Source: Candidatus Bathyarchaeota archaeon
Lineage (GTDB): Archaea; Thermoproteota; Bathyarchaeia; Bathyarchaeales; Bathycorpusculaceae
Length of the DNA: 64,000 nucleotides
Reading direction: 5' to 3'
Assembly: GCA_963768425.1 (NCBI GenBank)
Contig: CAVYHV010000022.1
Span: forward strand, 1-64,000
The number at the start of each line of letters is the position of its first letter. Position 1 is the first letter of the stretch. This document shows positions 33,718-44,594 of this stretch, piece by piece. Below the pieces are notes generated by a model that did not search any database, was not told the DNA's origin, and worked only from the letters and a program-made list of their open reading frames with translations. Both the position numbers and the translations under genes were made by a program.

Positions 33718-36058
33718 GACGAAACCATGCGAAACTGACCTAAGCTACTGTAGATTCGGTTGCGAAACAATGCTAACGCAACTTGATGCTTTTGAGCAAC
33801 TAATTGATGGAGTGCTAAAAAGCAGCGACATCGAATACGTACATAGAATGCGGGTTGGTTCCCGCAGAATCAGAGCAGTGCTGCCTATTTTCAGGGTCTG
33901 CTTTCCCAAAAAAGACTATAAAAAATGGCGGCGAGAAATAAAAGAAGTGACTCGTCTTCTTTCTAACGCCAGAGACCTAGATGTTCAAATAGCTTTTATA
34001 GAGCAATACAAAGAAAACCTAAAGCCAACGGCAGGAAAAACAGGCCTTGATTTACTTCTCAGACAACATAAAGAACAAAGAAAAAGAATTCAATCGTCCG
34101 TAGTTAATGGTTTAGAAAAGCTGATTGCAAGCTGCATTTTGAAAGATATGCGAAGTTTTTGCTTACAAACCGTAAAAGAGCAAGCAAACTCAACTTTTAA
34201 CCGCGAAATTGTGCTGGAGAAAGCGCATTGGCACATATCCACCAGATTAGACGATTTCTTGGGGATGGAAGAATATGTTTACATTGAAAACGAGACTCTA
34301 AAGCACCATCAGATGAGGATATGCGCTAAAAAACTTCGTTACACACTGGAACATTTTGCGTCGCTCTACCCAAACAAGCTCGCTGGAGAAATAGAAAGAA
34401 TAAAAGCGTTTCAAGATGTACTCGGCGAAATGCATGAGTGTGACATTTGGATAGATTATATCCCAAAATTCATAACGGAAACAAAAAACAAAATACGATC
34501 GGAGAAAAACAAGAAAACAGCCCCTGCAAAAGTTGAGCTTGAACTTTCGAACTTCTTGACATTTATAAGACAAAAAAGAAAAGAGCATTATAGCCAATTT
34601 GTCCAACTTTGGAATAAAACCAAAAAAGAAGCGTTTTTTACTCAACTTAAAAAGACAACTGGCGTTGGATTAGAAATTGGAGAACAAAAAATTAGGCAGG
34701 CCCTCATGAACCCAGATATTAAAATTGCTGCCATATCCGATGTTCACGCAAACCTGCAAGCTTTAGAAAGAGTAATTCAGGATGCTGAAGAGAGGGGCGT
34801 AGATGTTTTTCTGAATGCTGGTGACTCAGTAGGGTTTGGACCTTTCCCAAACGAAGTAATTGAACTTCTTTGCGAAAAAAACGTTTTAAGCGTTGTTGGG
34901 AACTATGACCTTGAAGTTATTGAGGGCAAGACTAAAGAGAAAAACGAAAAAAACCTCGCTTTAAGATTTGCGAGAAAAGAGTTGTCAAACGCTTGTGTAG
35001 AATATCTTCATTCGCTGCCTCGCGAACTCACGTTTGAAGTCGCAGGCAAAAAACTGCTGGTGACTCATGGAAGCCCCGAGTCAATTGATGAACACATTTA
35101 CCCTGACATGCCGGTTGAGCGTTTAGAAACGCTTTCCAACACCGCCAAAGCTGAAGTAATAGTCATAGGTCACTCTCATCAACAACTAATGCGACAGGTA
35201 AATGGAACCTCATTCGTTAACCCTGGAAGCGTTGGAAGACCTGGCGACGGAAACCCGCAGGCAGCTTACGCAATATTGGAGTTTAACCCGTTCAAAGTTG
35301 AGATGATTCGGCTCGATTATGACATTTCAGCAGCCGCAGACGCTCTTCGGAAAAAATCGTTACCTGAAAGTTTCTCCCAGATGCTTCTCCAAGGCGTATC
35401 TCTTGGAACAATAATCGAAGAAGATACCACAAGAGAAAACGATGCAACCAAAAACCGCAAATATATAATCCAAGCCTGCAAAGAATTTGCGGGTGGACAT
35501 TGGGATGATTCGGAACATTATTCCCAAGTTACTAAACTTGCTTTAAAGTTCTTTGACGCTCTAACCGATGTCCATAAGTTGGGTGAGCAGGAAAGATGCT
35601 GGCTCGAATATGCTGCAATTCTGCACGATGTTGGATTATCGAAAAGTATGGGTGGTCACCATAAAGAATCAGCTAAACTCATCCTCAACGCTACCCAATT
35701 GCCCTTCTCATCCAAAGAAAGACGTATAGTAGCAAGCACCGCCCGCTATCACAGAAAAGGATTGCCCAAACAAAAACACTATAACCTCAGATCGCTAGAC
35801 CGGCACACGGTAAATACAATAAATATTTTAGCTGGTCTGCTGCGGGTTGCCGACAGCTTAGATTATGCACACCAATCAAATGTGAAAGCTTTGAATTTCA
35901 AGGTGGGTGCCAAAAAGATAATTGCCGAATGCTTATGCGAAGGGCAATCAATCTTGGAGCAGCAGGCTTTTAATAAGAAGAAAGATTTGTTTGAAAGGGT
36001 CATGGCAAAGAAATTGGTGCTATCATGCAAGACACAGCAAAAAACGCTGAACACGTAG
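33701..36058 (+). CDS. CHAD-metallophosphoesterase-HD fusion protein, copy 1
   Basis: CHAD (EYVHRMRVGSRRIR, RDLDV, HQMRICAKKLRY, QDVLGEMHECD), YfcE-like MPP (ISDVHAN, GD, GNYD, HGSP, GHSH, NPGSVG) and Ppx-C-like HD domain (AILHDVG...RYHRK...LRVADSLD). Confidence 0.88.
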
Positions 36059-37605
36059 TTGGCTTCGTGGATATCGGAACAAACGCGGTACGTCTTTTAG
36101 TGGTTAGAATAAACCCCAATTTCTCTTATACGATTATCAGCCAGGAAAAAGAAGTTATTCGACTAGGCGAGCAAGAATTCAAGGATAATATTCTTAGACC
36201 AGAAGCTATGGAGCGAGCAATCTTTGTCTGCGGAAAGTTTGTTGATCTCGCCAAGACCTACGGCGCCACCGAAATAATAGCGGTCGGGACCTCGGCTATT
36301 CGAGAAGCCGAAAACAAACTTGATTTCCTCAAAAAACTGCGAGATGCTACAGGGCTTAAGGTAAAAGTGATTTCGGGTGAAGAAGAAGCCCGCTTGATTT
36401 GTATCGGAGTGTCAAGTGGGGTAAACATCGGTGAGGAAAAAGCTATTTTCATAGATTTAGGCGGTGGAAGCACTGAAATTTGCATCGGAGACCAATTTCA
36501 ATGCTTTTACGCGAACAGTTTAAAGTTAGGGGCAATTAGGCTGACTACACAGTTTGTGGGTGAAGGATGGACAGGCCCAATCGCTGCCAGCACTTACAAG
36601 GCAATGAAACAGTATGCTTCCAGCAAAGTTCGAGTAGCAAAAGGGAAAGTGCAAGAATACGGAGTGAGGCTCGCATGGGGATCATCAGGCACAGTGATAA
36701 ACTTGGCAGAAGTAGCAAACAAATTATTCAAGAAGAACGGCAATGGAGAGGGCTTAACACTGTCAAGGAAGAACCTGAAAAAAATGGCGCCTATTCTGTG
36801 CTCTCTATCGCTTGAAGAAAGAAAAAACCTTCCCGCTATCAATCCGGATCGAGCCGACATCATAATTGCAGGGGCAGCCATAATGGAGGCGATAATGGAA
36901 GAGCTGGGCTTGGAAGAAATAAACATTAGTCGCCGGGAACTGCGGGATGGACTTCTCTTTGATTACTTATCGCATTTTGAAGGTTTCCGAGAACTCCAAA
37001 AGTCGCCTATGCGAAATCGGAGTGTCTTGCATTTGGGAAGATCTTGCAATTTTGACGAGAAACATTCCGATGCGGTGGCTTCTTTAGCGCTTCAGCTTTT
37101 CGACAGCGCAAAACAAATTGGACTGCATAACTTGGGGGAAGCGGAAAAAGAACTCTTGAAGTACGCGGCTATTCTGCATGATGTCGGAGACTTTCTATCA
37201 TTTAACGATCATCAGTTTCATTCTCAATATATTATTTGTAATGCTGAACTGCTTGGTTTTGACCGTAAAGAAATCCAAATAATGGGCAGTATCGCACGTT
37301 TTCACAGAAAAAAGTTACCTTCTAAAAAGGCGCTAAAGGCTTCAGGCTTAGACGAAAAAACCAAAGATTGCATCGCCATTCTTTCAACGTTTCTGAGGTT
37401 TGCTGAAAAACTGGACCGAAGCCATAGCGCGCTAGTGAAGAAGGCTGAATTTATTAAAGAAAATAAAGATCAAGTTTTGCTGGAGTTTTACTCAGACTCA
37501 GACTGCAGTTTTGAAGAATGGAGCATCATCCAAAATAGGCAAGCCTTCTACGAAGCCTTCGGAAAACAACTTGATGTCCATTGCCTAGTTACCCCCAGCA
37601 CCTGA
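36025..37605 (+). CDS. ppx: Exopolyphosphatase Ppx/GppA with C-terminal HD domain
   Basis: VDIGTNAVRL, TSAIREA, ISGEEEARL, IDLGGGSTE, RADII, LRDG and LHDVG motifs. Confidence 0.95.
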   Translation: MQDTAKNAEHVVGFVDIGTNAVRLLVVRINPNFSYTIISQEKEVIRLGEQEFKDNILRPEAMERAIFVCGKFVDLAKTYGATEIIAVGTSAIREAENKLDFLKKLRDATGLKVKVISGEEEARLICIGVSSGVNIGEEKAIFIDLGGGSTEICIGDQFQCFYANSLKLGAIRLTTQFVGEGWTGPIAASTYKAMKQYASSKVRVAKGKVQEYGVRLAWGSSGTVINLAEVANKLFKKNGNGEGLTLSRKNLKKMAPILCSLSLEERKNLPAINPDRADIIIAGAAIMEAIMEELGLEEINISRRELRDGLLFDYLSHFEGFRELQKSPMRNRSVLHLGRSCNFDEKHSDAVASLALQLFDSAKQIGLHNLGEAEKELLKYAAILHDVGDFLSFNDHQFHSQYIICNAELLGFDRKEIQIMGSIARFHRKKLPSKKALKASGLDEKTKDCIAILSTFLRFAEKLDRSHSALVKKAEFIKENKDQVLLEFYSDSDCSFEEWSIIQNRQAFYEAFGKQLDVHCLVTPST

Positions 37606-37636
37606 TGCGTGGGAAGCTGTTTATTCTTTTTCAAGC

Positions 37637-38524
37637 TCAGCTTTTGCCGTTTCCAAAGCTTCTTTTTGCTCTTTGCTCAAGGTTGGGTATTTTAAGTTCA
37701 GTTTCTTGATCTGAGACACTAGTAATTTCAGAAATCAAGGCGTGGGTAACCCATTTTTTGTCTGAAGGGATAATATACCATGGTGCCCATTCAGTGCTTG
37801 TTTCATTAACCATTTCTTCGTATGCATCCTGGTAATCGGCCCATTTTGATCGTTCTGAAAGATCAGTGGCTGAGAATTTCCAATTTTTCGTTGGGTCTTC
37901 AAGTCGCTTGAGAAAACGCTGTTTCTGCTCCTCCTTCGAGACATGTAGGAAGAATTTCAACACGACTGTGCCGTTCCGAACTAGGTGTCGCTCGAACATG
38001 GTTATGTCTTGATACCTTTGATTCCAGAATTGTTTTCCTTCCACCTCCGAAGGCAACTTTTCTCTTTCCAAAACCTCTGGGCGAACCTTAACAATCAACA
38101 CATCTTCGTAGTATGAACGGTTGAAAATTCCAATGCTTCCTTTTTCTGGGAGGGCTTTCACGTTGCGCCATAGAAAATCATGGTTCAGTTCCTCTTCAGA
38201 CGGCGTTTTGAAAGCTGTAACTTGGCATCCTTGAGGGTTTACTCCCGACAATACATGGCTGATTACGCTGTCTTTTCCTGCTGCATCCATCCCCTGAAGA
38301 ATAATCAGGAGGGAATAAATGTGACTCGCCCAAAATAACTCCTGCAACTCGATCAGTTTCTGGGTGTTTGCCTCAATGATACCTAACCCTTCTTCTTTTG
38401 CTTCCTTTTTGCCCTCTTCATCTTCCTTTTTCTTAGCCCAATCCGGAACCCAACCGGGATCAAAATCCTTAAGACTAATCTTCTTGCCAGACGGCACCTT
38501 GAAATCTTCCGAATCCATTGACAT
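37637..38524 (-). CDS. ppk2: Polyphosphate kinase 2 family protein (class III-like)
   Basis: LQGMDAAGKD Walker A, HDFLWR, FNRSYYEDVL, KFFLHVSKEEQKQRF, PWYIIP. Probable indel near the C-terminus. Confidence 0.93.
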   Translation of the reverse strand: MSMDSEDFKVPSGKKISLKDFDPGWVPDWAKKKEDEEGKKEAKEEGLGIIEANTQKLIELQELFWASHIYSLLIILQGMDAAGKDSVISHVLSGVNPQGCQVTAFKTPSEEELNHDFLWRNVKALPEKGSIGIFNRSYYEDVLIVKVRPEVLEREKLPSEVEGKQFWNQRYQDITMFERHLVRNGTVVLKFFLHVSKEEQKQRFLKRLEDPTKNWKFSATDLSERSKWADYQDAYEEMVNETSTEWAPWYIIPSDKKWVTHALISEITSVSDQETELKIPNLEQRAKRSFGNGKS

Positions 38525-38751
38525 CTAAAACAGCCCCATTGAGAATAGGTTACAGTGCCTAATAATGGCTACTCTACAGATCAGACAGCCATATCATTGG
38601 GAGCTAACCCAAAAACATGCCAAGAAAATAGTGCGTAATTGCTAAACAGCAACAAAACAAAGCAAATGTTACTTGTAAAAAGCCTATAAGAAAAAAAGAG
38701 TCTCAATAACCAAGAGAAAAAAGGAGAGAAGTAAGCTATCGGTATTTTTTG

Positions 38752-39369
38752 CTAAGTTGTCATTCCGCTGTCCGAGACATTTGCCTTTTCCGGCGTTTCT
38801 GCGGCAGTTTCCTCTTTTTTCGGCATCTCAGCTTCGGCTGAAGTTTCCAAGTTTGCCGCAGGCTTCCTTGTTGAAACGGTTTTTGGCTTTGGCTTGGGCT
38901 TTGGTCCTTTTTTGGCTTTCGGAGGAATCTTGGCTTTTAGAGCTGGAACTTCTTTGCGCCTTAAAGGAGCTTCTTTTGGTTTAACATCGAGTTTCTTTTT
39001 TGTGTTCCAGTTTGGAAGTTCGCCATGTTCAACTTTATACTTTGCAAGCAAATCCTCTTGCATAATTCTTGGTTTGTCTGTTAGAATCCAGCTTATGGTA
39101 GCTTTTTCTATGTAGCCTTGGTTGAAAAGCAGTTCATTGATCTTCTTTGTATTTTTTCCTCCGTATCCGCCCAAATATCCACCTAGTATTCTTTTGCTGG
39201 GTTTTTTTGTCCGTCCAATATACAGAATGTCAGATCCTTCTTTTCCAGAGTGTTCTTTGTCAACTATTACGATGACAGCAGCTTTGTCCGATGGCAAATT
39301 TGAAAGCGCCAATGTTTTCAGCGGCAACCATTCGGAGAATCCAGTTTCCATTAAAGTTTTAGAATTCAT
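38752..39369 (-). CDS. GIY-YIG-like protein with Lys/Pro-rich then acidic tail, copy 2
   Basis: Clear paralog of 30730..31242 (MNSxTLxExGFSE...DILYIGRTKK...GGYLGGYGGK...EHGELPNWN). Confidence 0.7.
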   Translation of the reverse strand: MNSKTLMETGFSEWLPLKTLALSNLPSDKAAVIVIVDKEHSGKEGSDILYIGRTKKPSKRILGGYLGGYGGKNTKKINELLFNQGYIEKATISWILTDKPRIMQEDLLAKYKVEHGELPNWNTKKKLDVKPKEAPLRRKEVPALKAKIPPKAKKGPKPKPKPKTVSTRKPAANLETSAEAEMPKKEETAAETPEKANVSDSGMTT

Positions 39370-39550
39370 ATTTCACTAAGAACTGCTAGAAGGATTTAAC
39401 TATTTCTAAGCCTTAAAACTAGCAATTTACGCGTCGGCGATCTTGGAGTTGTTTATATCTTGATTTTGTTTTCATCGCAAAGCAACACTTTTTTGGAAAC
39501 AATAAAAAATAAACCGCTGAAGTTTGCCATCAACCCTCGAGGCGTTTGAG

Positions 39551-41996
39551 ATGAACGCTTGCTTTGACCCTAACTGCGCTAGGATAGATTCAAGTTATTG
39601 CCTTTTCGGGGCTGAAGCGCTCAAGAAGCTTCTTTCAACTATTGAAGCACAAATAGGCGGAGTCGAAAAAAACGAAGACATCGAATACCTTCACAGAATG
39701 CGTGTAACTTCACGTAGAATAAGAGCAGCCATGCCGCTTTTCAAAGAATGTTTCCCAAAAAAACGCTACAAAAAATGGATAAACGAAATCAAGAATGTAA
39801 CTCAGTTCCTAGGCACCGCCAGAGATTTGGATGTCCAGATCTTGTTCATAAAAGACTACATTCAACAACTTCAAGAAACGGATCCTAAAAAGGGAATCGA
39901 GGCTTTGCTTGAAGCGCACGTTAATCAAAGAGCAGGTCTACAATCCAGCATAACTAATGGACTTGAAGAGCTTAAAAAGTCAAGAGTCCTACAGCAAACG
40001 GCAAGTTACTGCGAACAAATCGTAAAAGAATCAACCTGCACACCCTTCAATTTGTTCTCGGTTCGCGAAAAAGCCTTCTGGCAAATATCATCCAAACTAG
40101 ACGCTTTTTTAGCCATGGAGGAGTGGATCCATAAGGAAAACGAAATCCTCAAACACCATGAAATGCGGATCCGAGCTAAATGGCTCAGATATACCTTGGA
40201 AGCGTTTGCACCGCTGTATGAGCAAGAACTTTCTGAAGAAACAAAAATGATGAAGAATTTTCAAGACATTCTTGGCGAAATGCATGATTGCGACGTATGG
40301 ATTGATGGTATTCCAAAATTCATTGAGGAAACACGAAGGAAAACGGCAATAATCCCAGAAAACGAGCAAGCAGCTGCTGATCACAACCAAGATCTTTTAA
40401 GCTTCCTCGATTTTATTAAAGAAAAAAGAAAAAGTCGTTATCAAAAATTCGTCAGTTTCTGGGACGAAAACAAAAGCAAAAACGCCTTAGAGGAATTAAG
40501 GAAAAACGCGAGCGCCGGCTTTACAGCAGCGGAACATAGAACTAAAGAAGAACTGACAAATCCATACGTCAAAATTGGTGTAATTGCGGACATTCATGCA
40601 AACCTAAATGCTCTTGAAGCTGTTTTTGAAGATGCCAAACGTCGAGGAATAACCGTTTTCTTAAATGCGGGTGATTTAATAGGGTTCGGGGCTTTTCCTA
40701 ACGAAGTAGTTGAAGCCCTATACTCGAAGAATGCTTTGAGCGTGATAGGAAATCTGGATCTTGAAATTTTGGACAAGAACAAGAAGGGCAAAGGTATCCA
40801 AAAATTCTCTATAGAATTCGCCAGAAAAGAGTTGAAAAAATCTTACGAGACTTATCTTCGCGCCTTGCCTTTCAAACTCGAGCTTGAAGTCGCTCATAAG
40901 AAACTTCTTATGATTCATGGACCTCCCAACGCGGTTGACGAACATTTGTTCGATGATACGCCAATCGAAAGATTTCAGGAAATAGCAAAAACCGCGAACG
41001 CGGACATATTTATCTTTGGGCATTCGCATGATCAGTTCACAAAAGAAGTTGACGGAGTCTTGTTCATCAACCCGGGCAGCGTGGGAAGACCTGGGGATGG
41101 AAACCCTCAAGCCGCCTACGCGGAGATTACAACTAACCCCTTTTCTGTTGAGTTAATTAGAGTTAATTACGATGTGGAGGCAGCGGCTGATGGTTTGAGA
41201 AGAAGGGGCGCTTCTGAAAGTTATGCCCAAATGCTGCTCCGGGGGTTATCATTAGATAACATAATCGCGGAAGACAAAACCAAAGAACACGATATGGAAG
41301 AAAAGTGCGTTGAGATAACCAGAAGTTGCCAAACTATTTCGCAAATCTATTGGCCAGGATTTTAAGCATGCAGAGCAAGTAAGAAAGTTATCCATGGAAC
41401 TCTTTGACTCCCTGCAAGATCTGCATAAACTCGACAGGAGGGAACGGTGCTGGCTAGAATGCGCTTCAATTCTTCACGACATCGGCCTGGCACGGGGACC
41501 AAAGGCACACCAAAAGAATACACTAAAACTTATTCTAAACGAGACAAAGCTGCCTTTTACCTCAGGAGAGAGACAGGCCATAGCGAACGTAGCGCGATAT
41601 CATCGCAAGAGTTGCCCAAAAAATAAAGACTATGACTTCAAGTCGCTTAGCACTGAATTGAAACGGAAAGTCAAGATTTTAGCGGGCATTTTGCGTTTGG
41701 CTGACGGTTTAGACTTCTCTCATCAGTCAATAGTTCAAAGAGTAGAAGCCCACTTGGCTTTCGAGTACGTAACTATTGAAGCGATTGCGCTTTTAAGCCC
41801 TGTTGCAGAAGAGTTAGCTGTAAACAAGAAAAAAGAAATGTTTGAACAGTTCTTCAGAAAGAAAATTTTGCTTGCGTGGAAGCAGGCCAAACCCCTTCAA
41901 CAACAAACAAGCGAGCAAGCAGGAACGATATCACAAGAGCCAATCCCTTCAACCGATGGAAACTTGATTACACAAACCGACGGCAAAATCGATTGA
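39551..41996 (+). CDS. CHAD-metallophosphoesterase-HD fusion protein, copy 2 (frameshift near 41360)
   Basis: Colinear with 33701..36058. The HD part continues in ORF 41394..41996. Confidence 0.85.
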
Positions 41997-42068
41997 AACC
42001 AGTCAGCCAAACTAACGCAGTAGCGTTTTTAGCCTAGAACAAACTACTCAGAAGATGAGGCTACTGAA

Positions 42069-42564
42069 GTGGCTAACTCAAATCAAATTTTTTGGCCAAG
42101 CGGTTTTGAACCAGAAAAATGTCCAATTCATGTACACAATGAACTTGCAATGGGCGCTCTTGCCGAAACAGTATGGGCGTGGCTGATACGCGCACAGCTT
42201 TGGCCAGACTTGGTACCCTAACTCAGCTAACATCCAATTTCTAAGAGGACAATCTTCCGACCTTGCTTTAGGAACAAGGTTCCGCTGGAAAACCTTCGGC
42301 GTAACCGTAGTTTCAACGGTGCTCGAGTTTGTGCCTTATGAACGCTTAGCGTGGGATGCCTATGGCAATGGACTTAGCGCTTACCATGCATGGTTGATCC
42401 AAAAAACGGAGCAAGGCTACAATGTTGTAACGGAGGAGACACAGCGTGGATGGCTCAACCGACTTGGAAATGCCTTAAGACCCAAAAGAATACAGCAGCA
42501 ACACCAAATTTGGTTGGAAGGCTTACGGGCAAAAGCTAGCAGTGGTTTGCCGCCTGCTCTGTAG
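42069..42564 (+). CDS. SRPBCC/polyketide cyclase-like protein (frameshifted)
   Basis: Hand translation IFWPSGFEPEKCPIHVHNEL...ETVWAWLIRAQLWP, then FRWKTFG...EFVPYERLAW...AYHAWLI...TEETQRG...HQIWLEGL. Confidence 0.7.
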
Positions 42565-42784
42565 GTTTCTGCTGACTGCTTTGAGCGGGTTGTTTTTTTC
42601 CGCATTCAGGACAAAACTTGGCGCTTGCAGAGATCTTATTGTTGCATCGAGGACAAATTTTCAGCAAAACTGGCTGATGCAAGAGTGCGCCGCAAAAATT
42701 GCAATAGTTAGAATTCGCTGTAACCTGCGACCCGCAATTTTGGCACCTCACATACTGTTGTCCGTAGGAGGGAACTGGAAACAT
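42536..42784 (-). CDS. Double zinc-ribbon protein
   Basis: CQNCG...YCNFCG...CPRC...KFCPECG. Likely start is ATG at 42784. Confidence 0.7.
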   Translation of the reverse strand: MFPVPSYGQQYVRCQNCGSQVTANSNYCNFCGALLHQPVLLKICPRCNNKISASAKFCPECGKKQPAQSSQQKPTEQAANHC

Positions 42785-42876
42785 AAGGTAACCTGAAAAA
42801 ATGATCCAACACCGCAATACTAGAACCAGAACTGTCTCTTTTCTCTTTTGCCTCTGAAATCGTCCGAAGAAAATTT

Positions 42877-42982
42877 TGGTGCGGTCACCGGGATTTGAAC
42901 CCGGGTTGTCAGGTTGGGAACCTTCCACAGCACGTCAGTAAGGCAATGCTTTGATGTCCTAACCAAGCTAGACTACGACCGC
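42877..42982 (-). tRNA. tRNA-Gly(CCC) with encoded CCA and a 29-nt intron at position 29/30
   Basis: GCGGTCG/TGACCGC acceptor stem, D arm, T loop TTCAAAT. The anticodon stem TCAGG/CCTGA around TTCCCAA forms only after removing 42923-42951. Confidence 0.92.
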
Positions 42983-43206
42983 ATGAGTAATACTGAAATT
43001 GATTGGCTAAAATATAAAGAATGGCTCTCTCTAAGGTACAGTACGCATTACGTTGATAATGTCTTTGCTACTGGCTGAATCCTTTAAACCCCAAGAACTT
43101 CTGGCTTGACAAGCCAAAAAACCAGCCAAAATGCAACTGCAGCTTCAAAGCAAGCATAATCGTTATTTCTGACATAACAGAAAGAATACCCGAGGAGAAC
43201 AACAGC

Positions 43207-44286
43207 TTGCCTAAAAACTACACTTACACCGACGCGGGCGTAAACCGGCAACAACGCGTCGAGTCAAAAAAAGTCCTAAAAGACCTGCAGGAAACCTACA
43301 AGCATAGCCACTTCGGAAACGTGATGCGCCTGCCATATGGCAACATCTTTCCAGTTGGAGAAAACACCTTTTTAGACCTTGTTATCGAAGGAGTGGGCAC
43401 CAAAGTTCTTCTGGCACAGATGGCGGGGAAATATGACACTATAGGCGTTGATGCGGTGGCGATGGCGGTGAACGATGTCATCCGTTCAGGAGCAAGACCA
43501 CTTGCAATAGCCGACAACATTCACGCGCAAGCCAGCGAACCACGCCTCGTAAGAGAGTGGCTCAAAGGAATCATTCAAGGCGCTGCAGAAGCAGAATGCC
43601 CAGTTACAGGCGGCGAAACAGGTGACGTCGCAGAAATAATAAAGGGTCTTGTCGACAACGCCGGCTTTGATATGGTCGTTGCCTCGGTCGGCACGGTTGA
43701 AAGGGAAGAAATCATCACTGGTGAAAACATCAAGCCAGAAGACCCAGTAATCGGCTTACCAAGCAGCGGATTGCATAGCAACGGTTTAACAATGGTTAGA
43801 AAAATCCTGTTCAAGCAGTGGGGAGGAAAATACATGCCGAACGATATTCCGGAAGGTTTGGAGAGGGAAGTCGTGCTTGAAACGTTGGAGCCGACAAAAA
43901 TCTATGTAAGGCCGCTTCTCAAAGTAGCGAAAAAGGTCAAAGTCAAAGCGGCAGTCCACATAACCGGCGACGCCTACATGAAATTCAACAACTTGGCAAA
44001 TTATTCGCCGGGAATAGGCTTCGAATTTACCAACTTCAAACCGCAACCTATCTTCGCACTAATCCAAAAAACCGCATCCGAACTAGGCTACTGCATTTCT
44101 GATGAGGAAATGTTCAAAACCTTCAACATGGGATGGGGCTTCGGAATAATCGTTGATAAATCTGAAGCTGACAAAGCCATGAGCATGCTAGAGCAAGAAG
44201 GCGCAAAGCCTGAAATTATAGGCAAAGTGACAGGGAAACAAAATGTTGAAATAAAGCACAAAAACAAAAAGCTTGTTTTGACGTAA
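43207..44286 (+). CDS. purM: Phosphoribosylformylglycinamidine cyclo-ligase
   Basis: YTDAGVN, EGVGTK, AMAVND, GGET, SSGLHSNG, HITG and TFNMG motifs. Confidence 0.95.
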   Translation: MPKNYTYTDAGVNRQQRVESKKVLKDLQETYKHSHFGNVMRLPYGNIFPVGENTFLDLVIEGVGTKVLLAQMAGKYDTIGVDAVAMAVNDVIRSGARPLAIADNIHAQASEPRLVREWLKGIIQGAAEAECPVTGGETGDVAEIIKGLVDNAGFDMVVASVGTVEREEIITGENIKPEDPVIGLPSSGLHSNGLTMVRKILFKQWGGKYMPNDIPEGLEREVVLETLEPTKIYVRPLLKVAKKVKVKAAVHITGDAYMKFNNLANYSPGIGFEFTNFKPQPIFALIQKTASELGYCISDEEMFKTFNMGWGFGIIVDKSEADKAMSMLEQEGAKPEIIGKVTGKQNVEIKHKNKKLVLT

Positions 44287-44345
44287 AGTTTTGCGTTTTT
44301 TATGTCGAAAGCGTTTAAATCTTGAAGCATAATTTAAAGAATTTT

Positions 44346-44594
44346 ATGAAATACCGAGCGAAAATCGAAGTAAGCCTCAAACCAGGCCACAGCAACCCTG
44401 AAGGAGAAACAACAGCCCGTCTGCTGAAGGAACTCGGCTACAAAGTAGAAGCTGTGGAAGTAAGCAAACTCTACATAGTCTCGCTTGAAGCTCAAACGGC
44501 TAAAGAGGCAAATGCCAAGGCGGAAGAAATGAGCAAACGGCTCCTCGCAAACCCAACCAAAGACAACTACACCATCATCCTTGAGGAGCAATAA
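44346..44594 (+). CDS. purS: FGAM synthase subunit PurS
   Basis: LKPGHSNPEG...LLANP. Lies immediately before purL. Confidence 0.92.
   Translation: MKYRAKIEVSLKPGHSNPEGETTARLLKELGYKVEAVEVSKLYIVSLEAQTAKEANAKAEEMSKRLLANPTKDNYTIILEEQ

Noticed and set aside
42877-42905. tRNA-Gly 3' end as the attachment site of an integrated island covering 0-42 kb
   Set aside because: I found no duplicated tRNA 3' fragment or integrase in the window. It cannot be excluded beyond the left edge.
42785-42928. N-terminal extension of ORF 42536..42928
   Set aside because: It overlaps the tRNA gene. The real start is probably ATG at 42784.
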